Counted from the stretch's first letter, positions 34,567 to 46,311 are shown. The stretch is DNA of 64,000 bases from Diplonema japonicum (GCA_964019335.1 OZ025691.1:186001-250000); one strand, 5' to 3'. Notes: generated by a model not told the origin, from the letters alone. Numbers and translations are program-made.

Positions 34567-36148
34567 ATGGATAAGAAGACGATCGGAGAGATGCTCGACA
34601 GGGCAGAGAGGCTGGTGGGCCAAGGCGCATGGAGCGAGGAGTGCGTGCGCCTCATCGGCATGGTGCTGACCCTGATGGAGGGCGGTCGGCCGCAGCAGGG
34701 GCAGCAACAGAAGCAGCAGCAGGGACAGCAGCAGAAGCAGCAACAGAAGCAGCAGCAGGGGCAACAACAGCAGGTGCAGCTACAAAAGATGCAAGGACAG
34801 AAGCAGCAGCAGGGGCAGAAGCAGACCCCAGCCAAGCAACAGCAACCGCAGCAACAGAAGGCCGGGAAGTGGAAGACGGTCGGTGGGCCTATCAAACCCA
34901 GGACGAACCCGCAGAAGCAGCCTGAGACCTCTTCATGGGCTGACAAGCTGAGAGGCCCCCCACCAAAGACCACCCTGGACGCAAAACACTGGAATGGTGC
35001 GCCCATCTTCTACGAGGTCCCTGAGCCACTCGTCAAAGGGATCTACTTCGACTGCCCCGAACCCGCAGTCCTAGCGGCGAGGTTGGCGAGTCTCGAGCTC
35101 GACTATCGTGTCGTCTCGAAAACCCGGTTCGAGGCCGCTAGGGAAGTTGCAACCCCCACCAGCAGAGGCATCAAGGCGCCTCTGGACTGCCGGCGAGCAC
35201 TACGACCCTGTGATGGCCGACGGCGACAAGCCCCAAACGAGGACTAACAGGTCCGTTGTCCTCGTGGCGATTATCGCCAAGAAGTTCTGCGGCGCCGCGC
35301 AATGGGCGAAGACGTCGGACGGGGAGGCAATAGCCAGGATGGCCATGCTAGCAGCAAGGGACAAGCAGGGGGTGCACGAGGTCGTGAGGAGCAACGTCTG
35401 GCGGGTGGAGAGGACGGCACAGCGTGCGACGGCAAGGGTGCGCGTGGACTGGCAACACGCCGCCCGCCTCCTCAGCGGCAGCGGAGACAACGATGTGTAT
35501 TGGACACACGCACTCCCCGAAGAGCGATTGGAAGTCATCCAGCTCAAAGATTCGATCCATCCGCGGGATGTTCCCCGTACCTTCACCGGGACCTCTTCTA
35601 GCTTCCGTGTAGCCCTCACGGTCACTCCCATCGGCCTGGCGATCATGCTCCCACCAGGCACTGCTCGACACGTGGTGGTACAGTCCCTGGGCGCTGTTTT
35701 CCTGCCGGAGGACCAGGTGGGGAGGAAGTTTGTTATCGAGGGGGCCGGGCACTGCGAGCACCAGTGCGACATCATCGACGACTGCAGGATGCAGGGATGG
35801 GTCGTGAAGAAGCTCAGCCGGTTGCCGGGGAGGAGATGGCTGGCAAGGGCAGAGGAGGCTCCCTCCAACCCCGTCATCCGCCGTGCAGACAACCTGACCT
35901 CCATTTCAATCAGAGAATGGACGGTCGAGGACAAGCCGAACCGCATCGGGCGCGTGTTCCATCCCAAAGGGAGGTCCCGGGTGAAGCTTACGGAGGCCGA
36001 ATTTCCACTGTCCCCGCTCGCGAAGGCTAAAGCGGAGGCTGAAGCTGAACGCGCGGCTGCCGAATCCGCCTCCCCCACGCGTAAGAGGGACGCTGACCAG
36101 GCAGCACTTATGGATGTAGCGGCGATCACGCAGGATGAATTCAACTGA
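34567..36148 (+). pseudogene. Retrotransposon ORF1 (Gln-rich N-terminal part), frameshifted near 35175
   Basis: ORFs 34567-35247 and 35108-36148 overlap in different frames, with the switch around ...PTSRGIK / RLWTAGEHY. Ends TGA 36146-36148. Confidence 0.75.
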
Positions 36149-39100
36149 CTATCTGCATGGTCAGGCTCCCTGCTCCGTCCCCTGTTCCTTTTCCTTTTCG
36201 CGCTTGTCACACTGATCACGCTGGACGGGATGACCCTCGACACTCTCTCACTCCTCAGCCCACGCTGCATACCCTCCGACTGGTTTGGTGCTCCCTCCAA
36301 CGGCGCGTTATACTCCCGCTGCCGGCCGATGGCGTTGCCACGAAGCTGCCGATACATTGCCAAGCGCTCGAGGAAATCGATTGCAGGCGAAACCCGTAGG
36401 AGGCTCCTCACACATGGTGACATTCACCCCAACCCGGGGCCCGCCGACCCGGACGAACTGGTGCTGCTTTCTGCAAACATGACTAACTACAGGAATCATG
36501 AATCCAGGATTAGGACGCAGTGCTTCGACATCGCCTGTCTGCAAGAGACGGCCCTCACGAAGGCAGGTCAACTAAGGGTCGAGCTGGAGACGAAGACTGA
36601 CTCATTCCTCCAAGCGCACAGAACGTTGTGGGGTCCGCCTCAAGAGTGCAAAGTGATTCACGGGCTTGCGGCTCCAGATGTTGCAGAACGAGGAGGGGTG
36701 GGCATTCTGGTGAAGAAACGGCTCCTGGCGCTGAAGGACAACGCGGTGTTCAATGGAGACATGTCGACGTCGCGGAGGGTGCACGCAAGGGTCGCGATTG
36801 GGACCAACTCATGGCTGCATGTGATCACCCTCTATTGTCCAGTGAAAGACGGCACAGCAAACGCCAGACAGGAAAGGGAGAGGCTGCTGCACGAAACCGT
36901 TAGCGGCGTGTGTGAACTAGGGGAAGTCCCAGTGGCAATCACAGGCGACTTCAACACGTCGGTGGGGGAGTCCCCCGTACTAGCTGAAGCGCTTGCGAGC
37001 CAGTGGGTTGACGCGGCCGCCACAATTGCCAGGCGCAAGAACGAGGAGACCCCCCCGACCTTTGTCACTGCAGTGGCGAGGACCAGGCCGGACTACATCC
37101 TGCTCAACAAGGTTGCGGCACACACGCTGAAGGACTGCGAGACGGTCGACATCGGGGTTCCCTCACACCATGCCCTTAGACTTAGGCTAGGGGTGACAGC
37201 GCTCAAGCAGGCGACCTACCGGTTCTCCATCCCCAGGCAGATTACCCCGGCTCCAGCCGGACATAGACCGCCCCCGCCCGCGGACCTCCTTCAGACTCTG
37301 ACTTCTTTTAAGGAGCTGGGGGACATGGACAGTGCTTACCAGTTCCTTTCCTCGATATGCGAACGGCACCTACTGGGGACGTCAAGGGAGAGTTTTAATC
37401 CGAGCTACCTGGGGCGAGGGAGCCTGGGCGAGCCGACTCTCAAACGCATAACAGCGCCTGCTACAGCGCACAGCGTGGGTGCGGTCTCAAAGAGATATCT
37501 AGCGCTCGAGAAAATCCGCGTGGGTTGTGCTGCTGTAGTCAGACGGCTGAAGCCTATATGTGGAGCCCCCCCGCATGAGATCTGTAGGGGATGGGACAAC
37601 GCGGTGCGACGTGCAGTGAACCAGCGTGTCATCCCTGAGAGCGCGGCGCCGACGGTTGATATGGCCAAGGACGCTGCGGAGCTGCAGGCGAAGGTGCTCC
37701 AAGTGCAGAGAACAATGGACCTCGCTAGCAAAGTATCGCGGGGTGCTAAGCACAAGAGAGAGATGGAGTACCACTTCGCGAAGCATCGCCAAACCATAGC
37801 GGGACTAGTGCAGGGAAAACAGTCGAGAGAGCTGCTGGCGGTCCGGACGGCTGACGGGAGGCTCAGCACCAATCTGGGCGAGATCGACCGCGCGTTCAGG
37901 GAGGCATGGAGTCCTGTGTTCCAGATGTACAAAGACAGGCCAGAACCAACAGCGGAAGAGTTCGTGAGATCCTTCGGGGGGTATATCCCGTACTGCTCGA
38001 TGTCCACCACGGAGCTCACCTCTGCGCAGCTTCGGAAGGTCCTCAACAAGAAACAGCGGCAGCATTGTGCAGGGGTAGACGGATGGAGGCTGAGTGAGCT
38101 AGCGCACCTACCCTCAGAACTCCTCGATGGCTTCCTGTTCCTCTTTGACTGGATTGAGACGACCGGCGTGTGGCCACAAGCGATCCTGACTGCCTTGATC
38201 ACGATGATCCCGAAGTCTGAGTCGGAAGAGCCCTTAGACCATCGCCCGATCACGGTCTCCAGTGCCTTCTACCGCCTATGGGCATGTGCCAGGCTCCCCG
38301 CTATTCTCGAGTGGCAGGAACGTTGGATCACCCCGACGCAGCACGGCTTTAGACCAAAACACGGCGTCGATGACCTACTCTTCAAAGTGTGTGCGCAGGT
38401 GGAAAATGCTCGACAGGGGGCAGAGCCCCTGTATGGCCTGTCGGTAGACTTCAGGAAGTGTTTCGACTCCGTCCCTGTCACGTTGACGTTCGACCTTGCG
38501 GAGAGACTGGGCATGTCCAAGAATATCCTAAGGCCGCTGAGATCCATGTACGCCAACCTCGACCGGCGTTTGCGCTTCCAGGCGGGGGTAGGGTAAGTGT
38601 TTCGCACCACAAACGGAATCCTCCAGGGCTGCCCTATCTCACCCGTCTTCATCAACGCCATCCTCGCTGCCTACACCAGGCGATGCGTCACCACATTCCC
38701 TGAAGTCCTACCCATCTCCGGACGACCTATACCTCTTCTCTAGGATCTCGGAGAAGGCGGTCCAGAGTTCCATACTCTTGCTGGACGAGCTCTGCCGCTT
38801 GACGAACATGTCGGTACACCCGGGGAAAACTAAGGCCTTTAGCACCAAGAAGGGGTACAGAAGCAGGCTGGCGATGAGGGGCACCTTATTCGATACGGTG
38901 AAAAGCGTAACTATGTTGGGGTGTACGGTGTGCCTGCAGCCCACCAGGACGAAGAACACAAGGATCGCCACGGCGCTGGATGCTGTCGACAGGCTCACAG
39001 TGACCCAAATCACGAGAACGCGTAAGGCCCAACTGATAGAAGACTGCATCCTACCTGCGGCGCTCTACGGAGTGCTCTACACACCACCCACGGACTCGCT

Positions 39101-40517
39101 CTTGGACTCCCTCAGGAAGAAGATTACCTCTTGCATATGGGGCCCACACAACCCAACACGCTCGTCAGGCGCCCTCCTCGGGGTGGCTTTCAAAGGACAC
39201 AGGCTGGACCCGTACTCAGCAGCCGCATACCGCAGGATCACAACGTTTGCGCGGATGATGAGGAGCGACGGTGAGTCCAGTTCACTCGTCAGGGCGTGCA
39301 GAGACGGCTACAAGGAGGCCGCCCGGAACGGAAACCCCCTCGCCCCGCGCGGGATACTCGGACAGACCCACGAGCTGCTGGAGGAACTAGGGTCCAGCTG
39401 GGCGCATTTCGCGCGGCAATGGGTCCCCCTAGAGCCTGGGGCACTGAAGCATGAGGTCAGGAAGCTCCTGAAGGTCCACCTGCGAGCGAACCTCGTGGAG
39501 AGCAGACCCTCCTTTCAGGGGACGGGCGACATCGACGAAGTGGCAACCAACGGGCTACACCTGCACCTGGCGAACCGCAACCCTCCCAAAGCACGAAGGG
39601 TCCTGCAAGTGATAACTGGGGCTGTTTTCCCGTTCCACCCCAAGATTATCAACGACACGGTCGGGGGGCGGACGAAATGCATGGGCTGCGACGCTACTTT
39701 CGACATTTCGGAACACACGGCGAGACTCCTGGAGCACACCCTCTGGGACTGTCAGGCGCACGAGCACATCAGGACAGCTTCCGAGACGCGGGCAGCGCTG
39801 TGCACACAACGTAACCAGTGGCCCCGGTGCACGCAACTGCACGGCATCGCGACAGTGGGACTCGGGCTGGACACTGCCGAGTTGCAGCTGATGATGGCGG
39901 AGATCACTGGTAGCTTACAACTCACCTTTGCACGGAAAAAGACGATGGACTTCAGCGTTCACCTGTGGAACAGGCCTTTCGAGAAGGGGAGTTTGCTCAA
40001 GCCACGGTCACTGAGGTGGTACTACGACAATGGTTTGAGGCAACAGTGCCTCCCACGGCTCATCCCGCACGTCATCCGATGGCTCTCTGCCCTTCACTGG
40101 GGCACGACAGGTGGACAGGTCTCCAGGCTTGAGCTGGCCATAGACTTCATTGCCACGGTGGGACTCTCACCTTGTGAAGAGGGTGAGGACATCCAAGTGA
40201 GCGCGCGTGTAATAGGCCGGGTGATAACGGCACTAGAACGCATCCACACCAGTAAGGGCATAGCGCCCCTCATCCCAGCTGCGTCAGTAGTTTCTGTCCA
40301 CTCCCTGCGCACGTTGGGTTACTACAACAGCTCCGTAAGGGGCTACTCCTCTAGACCGGTATTCGCCTCCCCGGTGACCCGCCACATCCTTGAGAAACAA
40401 CTGTACAACTATTGTGTCCTTACCAACTCGGTTGAGGGTTTTATACCTAAGGTACCGAGGAGGGTGAACGAGGGGCCGAAGGCCACACCACAGCAGAAAG
40501 GTTCGATCAAGAGATAG
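36149..40517 (+). pseudogene. Retrotransposon ORF2 (linker-2A-APE-RT-zinc knuckle) with a nonsense codon and a broken YxDD
   Basis: In frame with ORF1 after the TGA. TAA at 38594-38596 interrupts GVG*VFRTTNGILQG. A frameshift near 38719 leaves PIS-[missing Yx]-DDLYL. The C-terminal frame runs to 40517. Confidence 0.88.
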
Positions 40518-41041
40518 ATTGAGACTCTTCAGGCGTCCTGCCACATACCGCAGGTACCCTTAAATGTCTCTTTTTTTTTTTTTTTTTTTTTTTTTTTCTT
40601 TTTTTTTTTTTCCGGCTTGCACAATCAGCCGACTCTTTTTTTTCTTCTTTTTTTTTCTTCTAATTGTTTAGTTACTGCCCCACCTCAAAAGACGGGGGAA
40701 CTGATCAAAGGTCTGACGCACTTGTGTCAGACGAAAGCTTCAAGTCAAGAGAAAAAAAAAAAAAAAATCTCCCATCAAAACAGTAGTCACGTGAAAACTC
40801 ACCAAAAAACCTTTTGCGTGAACAAAAAAAAAAAGAAAAAAGGGAAGAAATAACCTACGTTTACAAATCTCAGAGCTCCACGGGCAAACAGATTGACAAA
40901 AAAAAAAGGACAAAAAAAAGGCAAAAGCAAAGAAGGGGATGAGGTGTGATAGATAGAAGCCGAAGCTTCGCCCCCCCAACTTTTGTCGTATATTCAATCC
41001 TCCTAGTTTTTTTTTTATATTGTGCATCAGGTTCGCCGGAC

Positions 41042-41072
<31 letters not shown>

Positions 41073-41076
<4 letters not shown>

Positions 41077-41574
41077 TTTATTGCCAACAAATAATGAGTC
41101 ATTATTTAACTCGAGTTCCCGAATTTTTTGCACGAGGGCCCTGCGGGCCCTCGTGCAAAAAAACGGTAACGAGTGTTAAATAATGGCTCATTTGGCGGCA
41201 AGTAAGTCGTTTTATTTCACTTTTCGTCATTTGAGTCACTCACTCTTCACTGCTTCCACTGCTGTTTTTTTTCACGCAGGTCAGCTTTTTGGGGATTTTC
41301 CTAAGGTAATACAGGGTAGCTATTTCGCCGTGGCATTTAAAGGGGAAGTAAGGCACTTATTCCCACTTTTAAGGGCTGGAATGGCCTCAGATGGCCAAAA
41401 ATAGTCAAAAAGATTTTTCAAGGGGTTGGGTGCATTTTTTTCCACGGCGAGATCCATTTTTCCACTCTGAAGGGCCATTATTTAACTGCAAAATCTCATT
41501 ATTTAACTAGTTAAATAATGGCCATTTCGCGTTAAATAATGAGGCCCCTAGTGAGTGAAGAAAATGTGAAATAA
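41073..41574. mobile_element. Crypton-like non-autonomous hairpin element, family 1 copy A (followed by a truncated second unit at 41577-41618)
   Basis: About 130-nt palindrome centred on GGGCCC-TGC-GGGCCC (41142-41144), then a second inverted-repeat pair. Near-identical to 57993-58575. Confidence 0.75.
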
Positions 41575-42000
41575 TAGCTATTTATTGCCAACAGATTATG
41601 ACCATAATTTCACTCGAGAATGGAGAACCGGGGGGGGGTTTTTAAAAAAGCCCAGAGAGAAAGAATGTCCCCCCTACCGTGTTCCTTAGGAGGTTCAACA
41701 TTCTTTTTTTTTCTTTTCATGCTCAACCTTTAAGATTTAATTTCCCTCTACAACAAAACGATTTTTGTTTGTAGCCCGAGGGGGGGGGAGAGAGTAGTGA
41801 AAAAAAAACGAAATCTTTTTTTGTTTTGTTTTGGTTTGTTTTTTGTTTTTGTTTTTGTTTAGCGGACGTCTAGTGCCTAAAAACACAGTGCTTATGACAA
41901 TTCCCTCTCACCCCCCCTCACCCCAGAACCATTACCAAAAAGTGCTTCCCCCACACCCTTTTTCTTTCCGTCTTTTCTGATAAGAATAGAAAAAGAAAGG

Positions 42001-42042
<42 letters not shown>

Positions 42043-42154
42043 CCCATCCGTTAAGGGTTAAAACGCTAAGCGAGTCCTCTTTTCATCTTTTCTCATTTTG
42101 TATTAGGTAGCCCACGCCATTCTCCCTTTAAAAAAAAAAGACGATTAGGATGGA

Positions 42155-43828
42155 ATGGAACTCGAAAATGAGCAGTATTCAGCAGTGAGGTTCGAGGAGC
42201 TGGGCGGAGGCGAAACAGAGCAAAGTTTTGTCTCACCCCAACGTCTGCCAGCATGGAAATCTAGCATTCTGTACGAGCCGAGACACCCTGTTTACGGACA
42301 AGAAGAGGAAACAACCGTTACAGACGAGGGTGTCGAAGTTTGCCCCGAGAAAAAAATACTCACATTTATCGCGAGCGGAGAACACGGCGGGAAAGGGATC
42401 ACGTATTGCAACCGATGCTTCCTCCCGGATATTGCGGACAACGGTGAGGGATATGGGTACTGCCCGGACTGCAGCTATGCAATCTGCCATTTATGCATGA
42501 AACACAAACCGGTTACGGGCCCCATGTGCCACCCTCCACCGCAAGAACTACCTCCTCCGAAGGACGAAGTCGGCACAGGGTTCGACTACGCAAGGCTTCC
42601 CGATCAAAAGCAAGGCAGAATATTTGCTTTATCCGGTCAGTACGGCGCGGGGGAGATCATAAGAATCCCAAAGCAAGTCAACGCACCTCCAATAGAAAAC
42701 GGTCTCCTCCTGCCAAGACAGACGGATGACCCTCCGCCTTGCACCGCCGCAGCGATTACCCTACTAGGGTTCAAACCCGCTCCGCGACCGATGATAGCAA
42801 AGACGTTGGACCCCAAGGCACTTCTCGGTGGGGAACCTAACCACAGTGGACCGCCGTTGGGGAGGAAGTGGGTGATACGGGGCGATGACATTGTAGACAG
42901 AGGAACCTTCATCACACCGATACCACGGGGTGCAGCCGTGACATGGAACGAAAACGGTTTGCAAAGAACAGGCAAGGTCCTTGAGTGGTGTGCCAATGAT
43001 ATGTACAAAATCGAGGTCACAGCCGATGAGAAGACGCATAGGACGTCTCGTCTTTCCAAACAGGTGGTGGACCCCATCCAAGAAGTCCCTGCAATCCATG
43101 TGACCACAATTTCCCAAATGGACTCGATGGCGATCGCCGACCAGCAGCGTCGGCTCGAAATCGAGCTCATCGAGGTTTCCGGGAAATGCATTTCGCTCAT
43201 GGACGCTTGCACCCACACCGACAGGCCTTATCTGAAACGCGAGAAAGGCGACGCAAAAAGAGGGTACTATTGCAAATACGTGCAGTGCAATTGGTGTGGA
43301 AAAGTTCTTGTTGTGAACAGCCAGAATGTGACGCCCGACAAGGCTGTCTACGAGCGCATCGTGTATGACGACAAAGGGGAGTCAATGCTGGTAAGTGATG
43401 ACAACTTCATTCAATTCAGGCAAAACGTGACGCCCTCTCTCCACCAGGGCATCAAACGGCCTGACGGGAGGGGGTGGACCCGCAAGGTCGTCTTGCTTCT
43501 ACCTGAAATCGAACAGCTCCACAGAAGGGACTTTATACATACAGCTGATTTCCGCCAGCTTTCCGCATACCGTGGCCGAGCCAAGGATCTTGCAGGCTTC
43601 GAGGCAATCTGGGCTGATCGTGGCCTTCTAAAAAACTGGCACACTCCATTGGCAGACAGCCAGGTTCCATACGGGCCTTCATATTTAGTCCCAGGAGCAC
43701 GGCCATTAAGCGATGTAACGGGGATGTTGAAACTGCGCAAGGCGTTGCACAAGCAGGACGAGAAGCGAAGGGTGCAGCGGGAGGGGCTCACTTCGGTCCA
43801 CACCTGCTTCGACGAAATGAATGCATGA
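42155..43828 (+). CDS. Hypothetical protein with Cys-rich (zinc-binding-like) motifs
   Basis: 557-aa ORF containing CNRC...CPDCSYAICHLC and CNWC. Coding composition. Confidence 0.75.
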   Translation: MELENEQYSAVRFEELGGGETEQSFVSPQRLPAWKSSILYEPRHPVYGQEEETTVTDEGVEVCPEKKILTFIASGEHGGKGITYCNRCFLPDIADNGEGYGYCPDCSYAICHLCMKHKPVTGPMCHPPPQELPPPKDEVGTGFDYARLPDQKQGRIFALSGQYGAGEIIRIPKQVNAPPIENGLLLPRQTDDPPPCTAAAITLLGFKPAPRPMIAKTLDPKALLGGEPNHSGPPLGRKWVIRGDDIVDRGTFITPIPRGAAVTWNENGLQRTGKVLEWCANDMYKIEVTADEKTHRTSRLSKQVVDPIQEVPAIHVTTISQMDSMAIADQQRRLEIELIEVSGKCISLMDACTHTDRPYLKREKGDAKRGYYCKYVQCNWCGKVLVVNSQNVTPDKAVYERIVYDDKGESMLVSDDNFIQFRQNVTPSLHQGIKRPDGRGWTRKVVLLLPEIEQLHRRDFIHTADFRQLSAYRGRAKDLAGFEAIWADRGLLKNWHTPLADSQVPYGPSYLVPGARPLSDVTGMLKLRKALHKQDEKRRVQREGLTSVHTCFDEMNA

Positions 43829-43941
43829 TGTTCTCTTCTTTTTTTTTTTCTTTCTTCTTCTTTTTCTTTTACCCCCCTTTTTGTTTGTATTGACAACAGG
43901 GCGTGCCACCGGCCTCCTTTCATCTTACTTATGTATTGTAC

Positions 43942-43977
<36 letters not shown>

Positions 43978-44061
43978 CTATTTACATACTTTTTTTTGCC
44001 TAGTATTGCAAATCCGTCAGTTTCAACAAACACCCCCCACCGAACCACAAGAGAAAAAAAT

Positions 44062-44796
44062 ATGGTGACCATCGAAGTGTGCATTGACTCCGCCCACGGT
44101 GCACGTGCGGCATTGGAGGGAGGTGTGGAACGGTTAGAAATCTGTGCGAGCCTTGCAGAGGGCGGTCTGACTCCATCAGTAGGGCTAGTCTGCCAGATCG
44201 ATACATGGGGGCTGGATGCAGAACAGTACATCATGATAAGGCCGAGGGGCGGGGATTTTATGTATTCAGAAGACGAGATCCAAATCATGGAGCAAGACAT
44301 AAGATGTTTTGCGGCTTTGAAGCTCAATTCCGTGAAGGGCTTCGTCTTCGGTGTTCTCACAAAGGACAGAAAGGTAAATGTGGAGGCGACAAAGCGGCTT
44401 GTCGCCGCCGCAGTTGGGTACGAAACGACCTTTCACCGTGCTGTTGATGTAGCACTTGACACAGAGGGAGCTGTGAGGGACGTCATTGCATGCGGGTGCA
44501 CGTGTATACTGACTTCGGGCGGGTGTGCCAAGGCGATAGACGGCATCACAACTATCAAGAGCATGATAGAGAAGTACGGTCGCTCCATTGCCATCATGCC
44601 TGGATCTGGTGTCAACCCTTCTAATGCTCCCACGCTCCTCACAACAGGTGCACGCCACCTTCACTTCAGCGCGAAAACGTACGTCCCCTCAGCTTACACA
44701 GGCATCGCCATGGGGTCGTCAGACTCGGGTGCTGGTTACAACAGCGCTTCGAAGGACCTTGTTGAGAAGATGCTTACCGTTGTTTCTAAGCTTTGA
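44062..44796 (+). CDS. cutC: Copper homeostasis protein CutC homologue
   Basis: IEVCIDS..A..GG.ERLEIC.SL.EGGLTPS.G, MIRPRGGDFMYS..E..IM..DI, TFHRA.D, ILTSG, IMPGSGV, H.SA. Confidence 0.95.
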   Translation: MVTIEVCIDSAHGARAALEGGVERLEICASLAEGGLTPSVGLVCQIDTWGLDAEQYIMIRPRGGDFMYSEDEIQIMEQDIRCFAALKLNSVKGFVFGVLTKDRKVNVEATKRLVAAAVGYETTFHRAVDVALDTEGAVRDVIACGCTCILTSGGCAKAIDGITTIKSMIEKYGRSIAIMPGSGVNPSNAPTLLTTGARHLHFSAKTYVPSAYTGIAMGSSDSGAGYNSASKDLVEKMLTVVSKL

Positions 44797-44814
44797 TGCG
44801 GGGAGAGAGAGTGT

Positions 44815-44853
<39 letters not shown>

Positions 44854-45126
44854 TTGTTGTTTGTTAGTCGTTGCTATATTGAATTTACACTGCTCCTATG
44901 TGCGATTCCCTAACGGGGAAAGGGGTGGCGCCCAGGAGGTTCAAGTTGGCAGCCTGCTTTGCCTCCGCGACGACTTCCTTTTGCACCTCCTCGGCCGCCG
45001 CCTTCCAGGCCTGTTCTATAGTGGGTAGCTTCCATGGGAGTGACGTGCGTGTACCCAGAAGCACAGGCAAGGTTTTGAGGAGTAAGAAAAAAAAAAAAAA
45101 AAAAAGGCTGCTAGAAAAAAAGAAAT

Positions 45127-45688
45127 ATGTTGCACCGGGGTGCCAGCAGGCTGGCATGTAGCAAAAGAGGGTGTCATGGAGTGCACAATTGGGCTGCGCT
45201 GAAGAAAGGGAAGGATAGGTTTGAAGAAGGTCCCAGGGGGTTGCCCGCGGACATGCCGAAGTTTCCCCACGGGTGTGTCTTGAAAAAAAAAAAAAAAAAA
45301 AAAAAAGAGTGGGAAAAAAAAAAATAGTATTCATGACACGGAACGGGAGAAACGCGAGCGGCCGTATTGCAATTTCTCTGACGAGGAGGCATGGGGGAAG
45401 AAGTTCAGGAAGTGGTTGGAGACCGCGAAGTCGCCGCGTGATGCCGGCGGGGACCTTATCGAGACGAAGCCGTACCACTGCTTTGAAGAGTGGGCAGCGT
45501 TCAAAGAGGTAGTGTGGCTTTTTTGTTACCGTTTGTTGCTTAGACCAAAACAGAAACTTGCAGTCATGAGCGACGAAGAGAAGAAATTACTAGGCCACTC
45601 CACCAACCAGGAGAGAGTGGGCGCCATGCACGAAGTGTTCCAGAAGTCTTTCGACGAAATGGAAGAGTGTGCCGTCCACCTGGTATTG

Positions 45689-45741
<53 letters not shown>

Positions 45742-45975
45742 CTGCAGAGAGCGGATCCCAGAAGGCTCACTCTCGCGAAAGAGTCGTGGGGTTCGACTTG
45801 CGAAGTGCCTTACTCTTCTAAGCGTAAAACCGTGATACCTATGCCCGAGGCAACCATTGAGGCGGCGAAAGGGGCTCCCATTGACTACATGCAGGAGCTG
45901 AGGGACGCAATTGCCGCCAAGAAAGCAGCAGTTGAAGGCGAGGAAGGTGAGGAATCTGCCAAGATAGAAAATTGA
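45127..45975 (+). CDS. Probable mitochondrion-targeted hypothetical protein, 4 exons (not assembled in the ORF track)
   Basis: Transit-like start MLHRGASRLACSKRGCH. Introns 45273-45327, 45509-45553 and 45683-45747 give one continuous frame to TGA 45975. Confidence 0.7.
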
Positions 45976-46311
45976 GGAAGGAAGAAAAAAAAAAAAAAAA
46001 GAAAATGTGTAAAACTACTACCACGAAAAAAAGTTTTTTTTTTGTTTGTTTGTTTGCGTTGAGTATCCCCTTCCCTCCCCCCCCTTTTATTTTCTATTCT
46101 CCTTTCAGTGTTTTTCCTTTTTTTTTTTTCTTTTTTTCTCTTCTTCTTTGATTCGGTGTTTTATTAGCAAAAAAAAAAAAAAAAAAAAAAAAAAATCTCT
46201 TTTTTTTTTTCTCTCTTTTTTTCTTCGGTTAAAAAAGTGTTTTCCCCCATCTTTTTTGTCCTTTTTTTTTTGATTTCCTTTGTTGACATCTCCCGCTTTT
46301 TTTTTTTTTAA

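Larger units (their letters stand above)
34363..40570 (+). mobile_element. Near-full-length non-LTR retrotransposon (ORF1 + 2A-APE-RT-CCHC), inactivated copy
   Basis: GC-rich island between T-tracts. APE motifs (SANMT, CLQET, ITLYCP, GDFN, RPDYIL, SHHAL); RT motifs (HRPITV, QHGFR, DFRKCFD, GILQGCPISP, xDD); C-terminal CxxC..H....C. Confidence 0.93.

Noticed and set aside
36146-36148. Genome-wide TGA reassignment as the explanation for the in-frame TGA
   Set aside because: Many host genes end in TGA followed directly by non-coding tracts (e.g. 4378, 7230, 43828, 44796), and Trp is encoded by TGG in conserved motifs.
35200-36423. 407-aa antisense ORF across the LINE ORF1/ORF2 junction
   Set aside because: GC-rich shadow of the sense frame with no recognisable motifs. 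Similar shadow ORFs occur opposite most CDSs here.
38593-38720. GG|GTAAGT as an intron donor that would rescue the RT stop codon
   Set aside because: Splicing from here would delete the essential GILQGCP motif. A point mutation to TAA is simpler.
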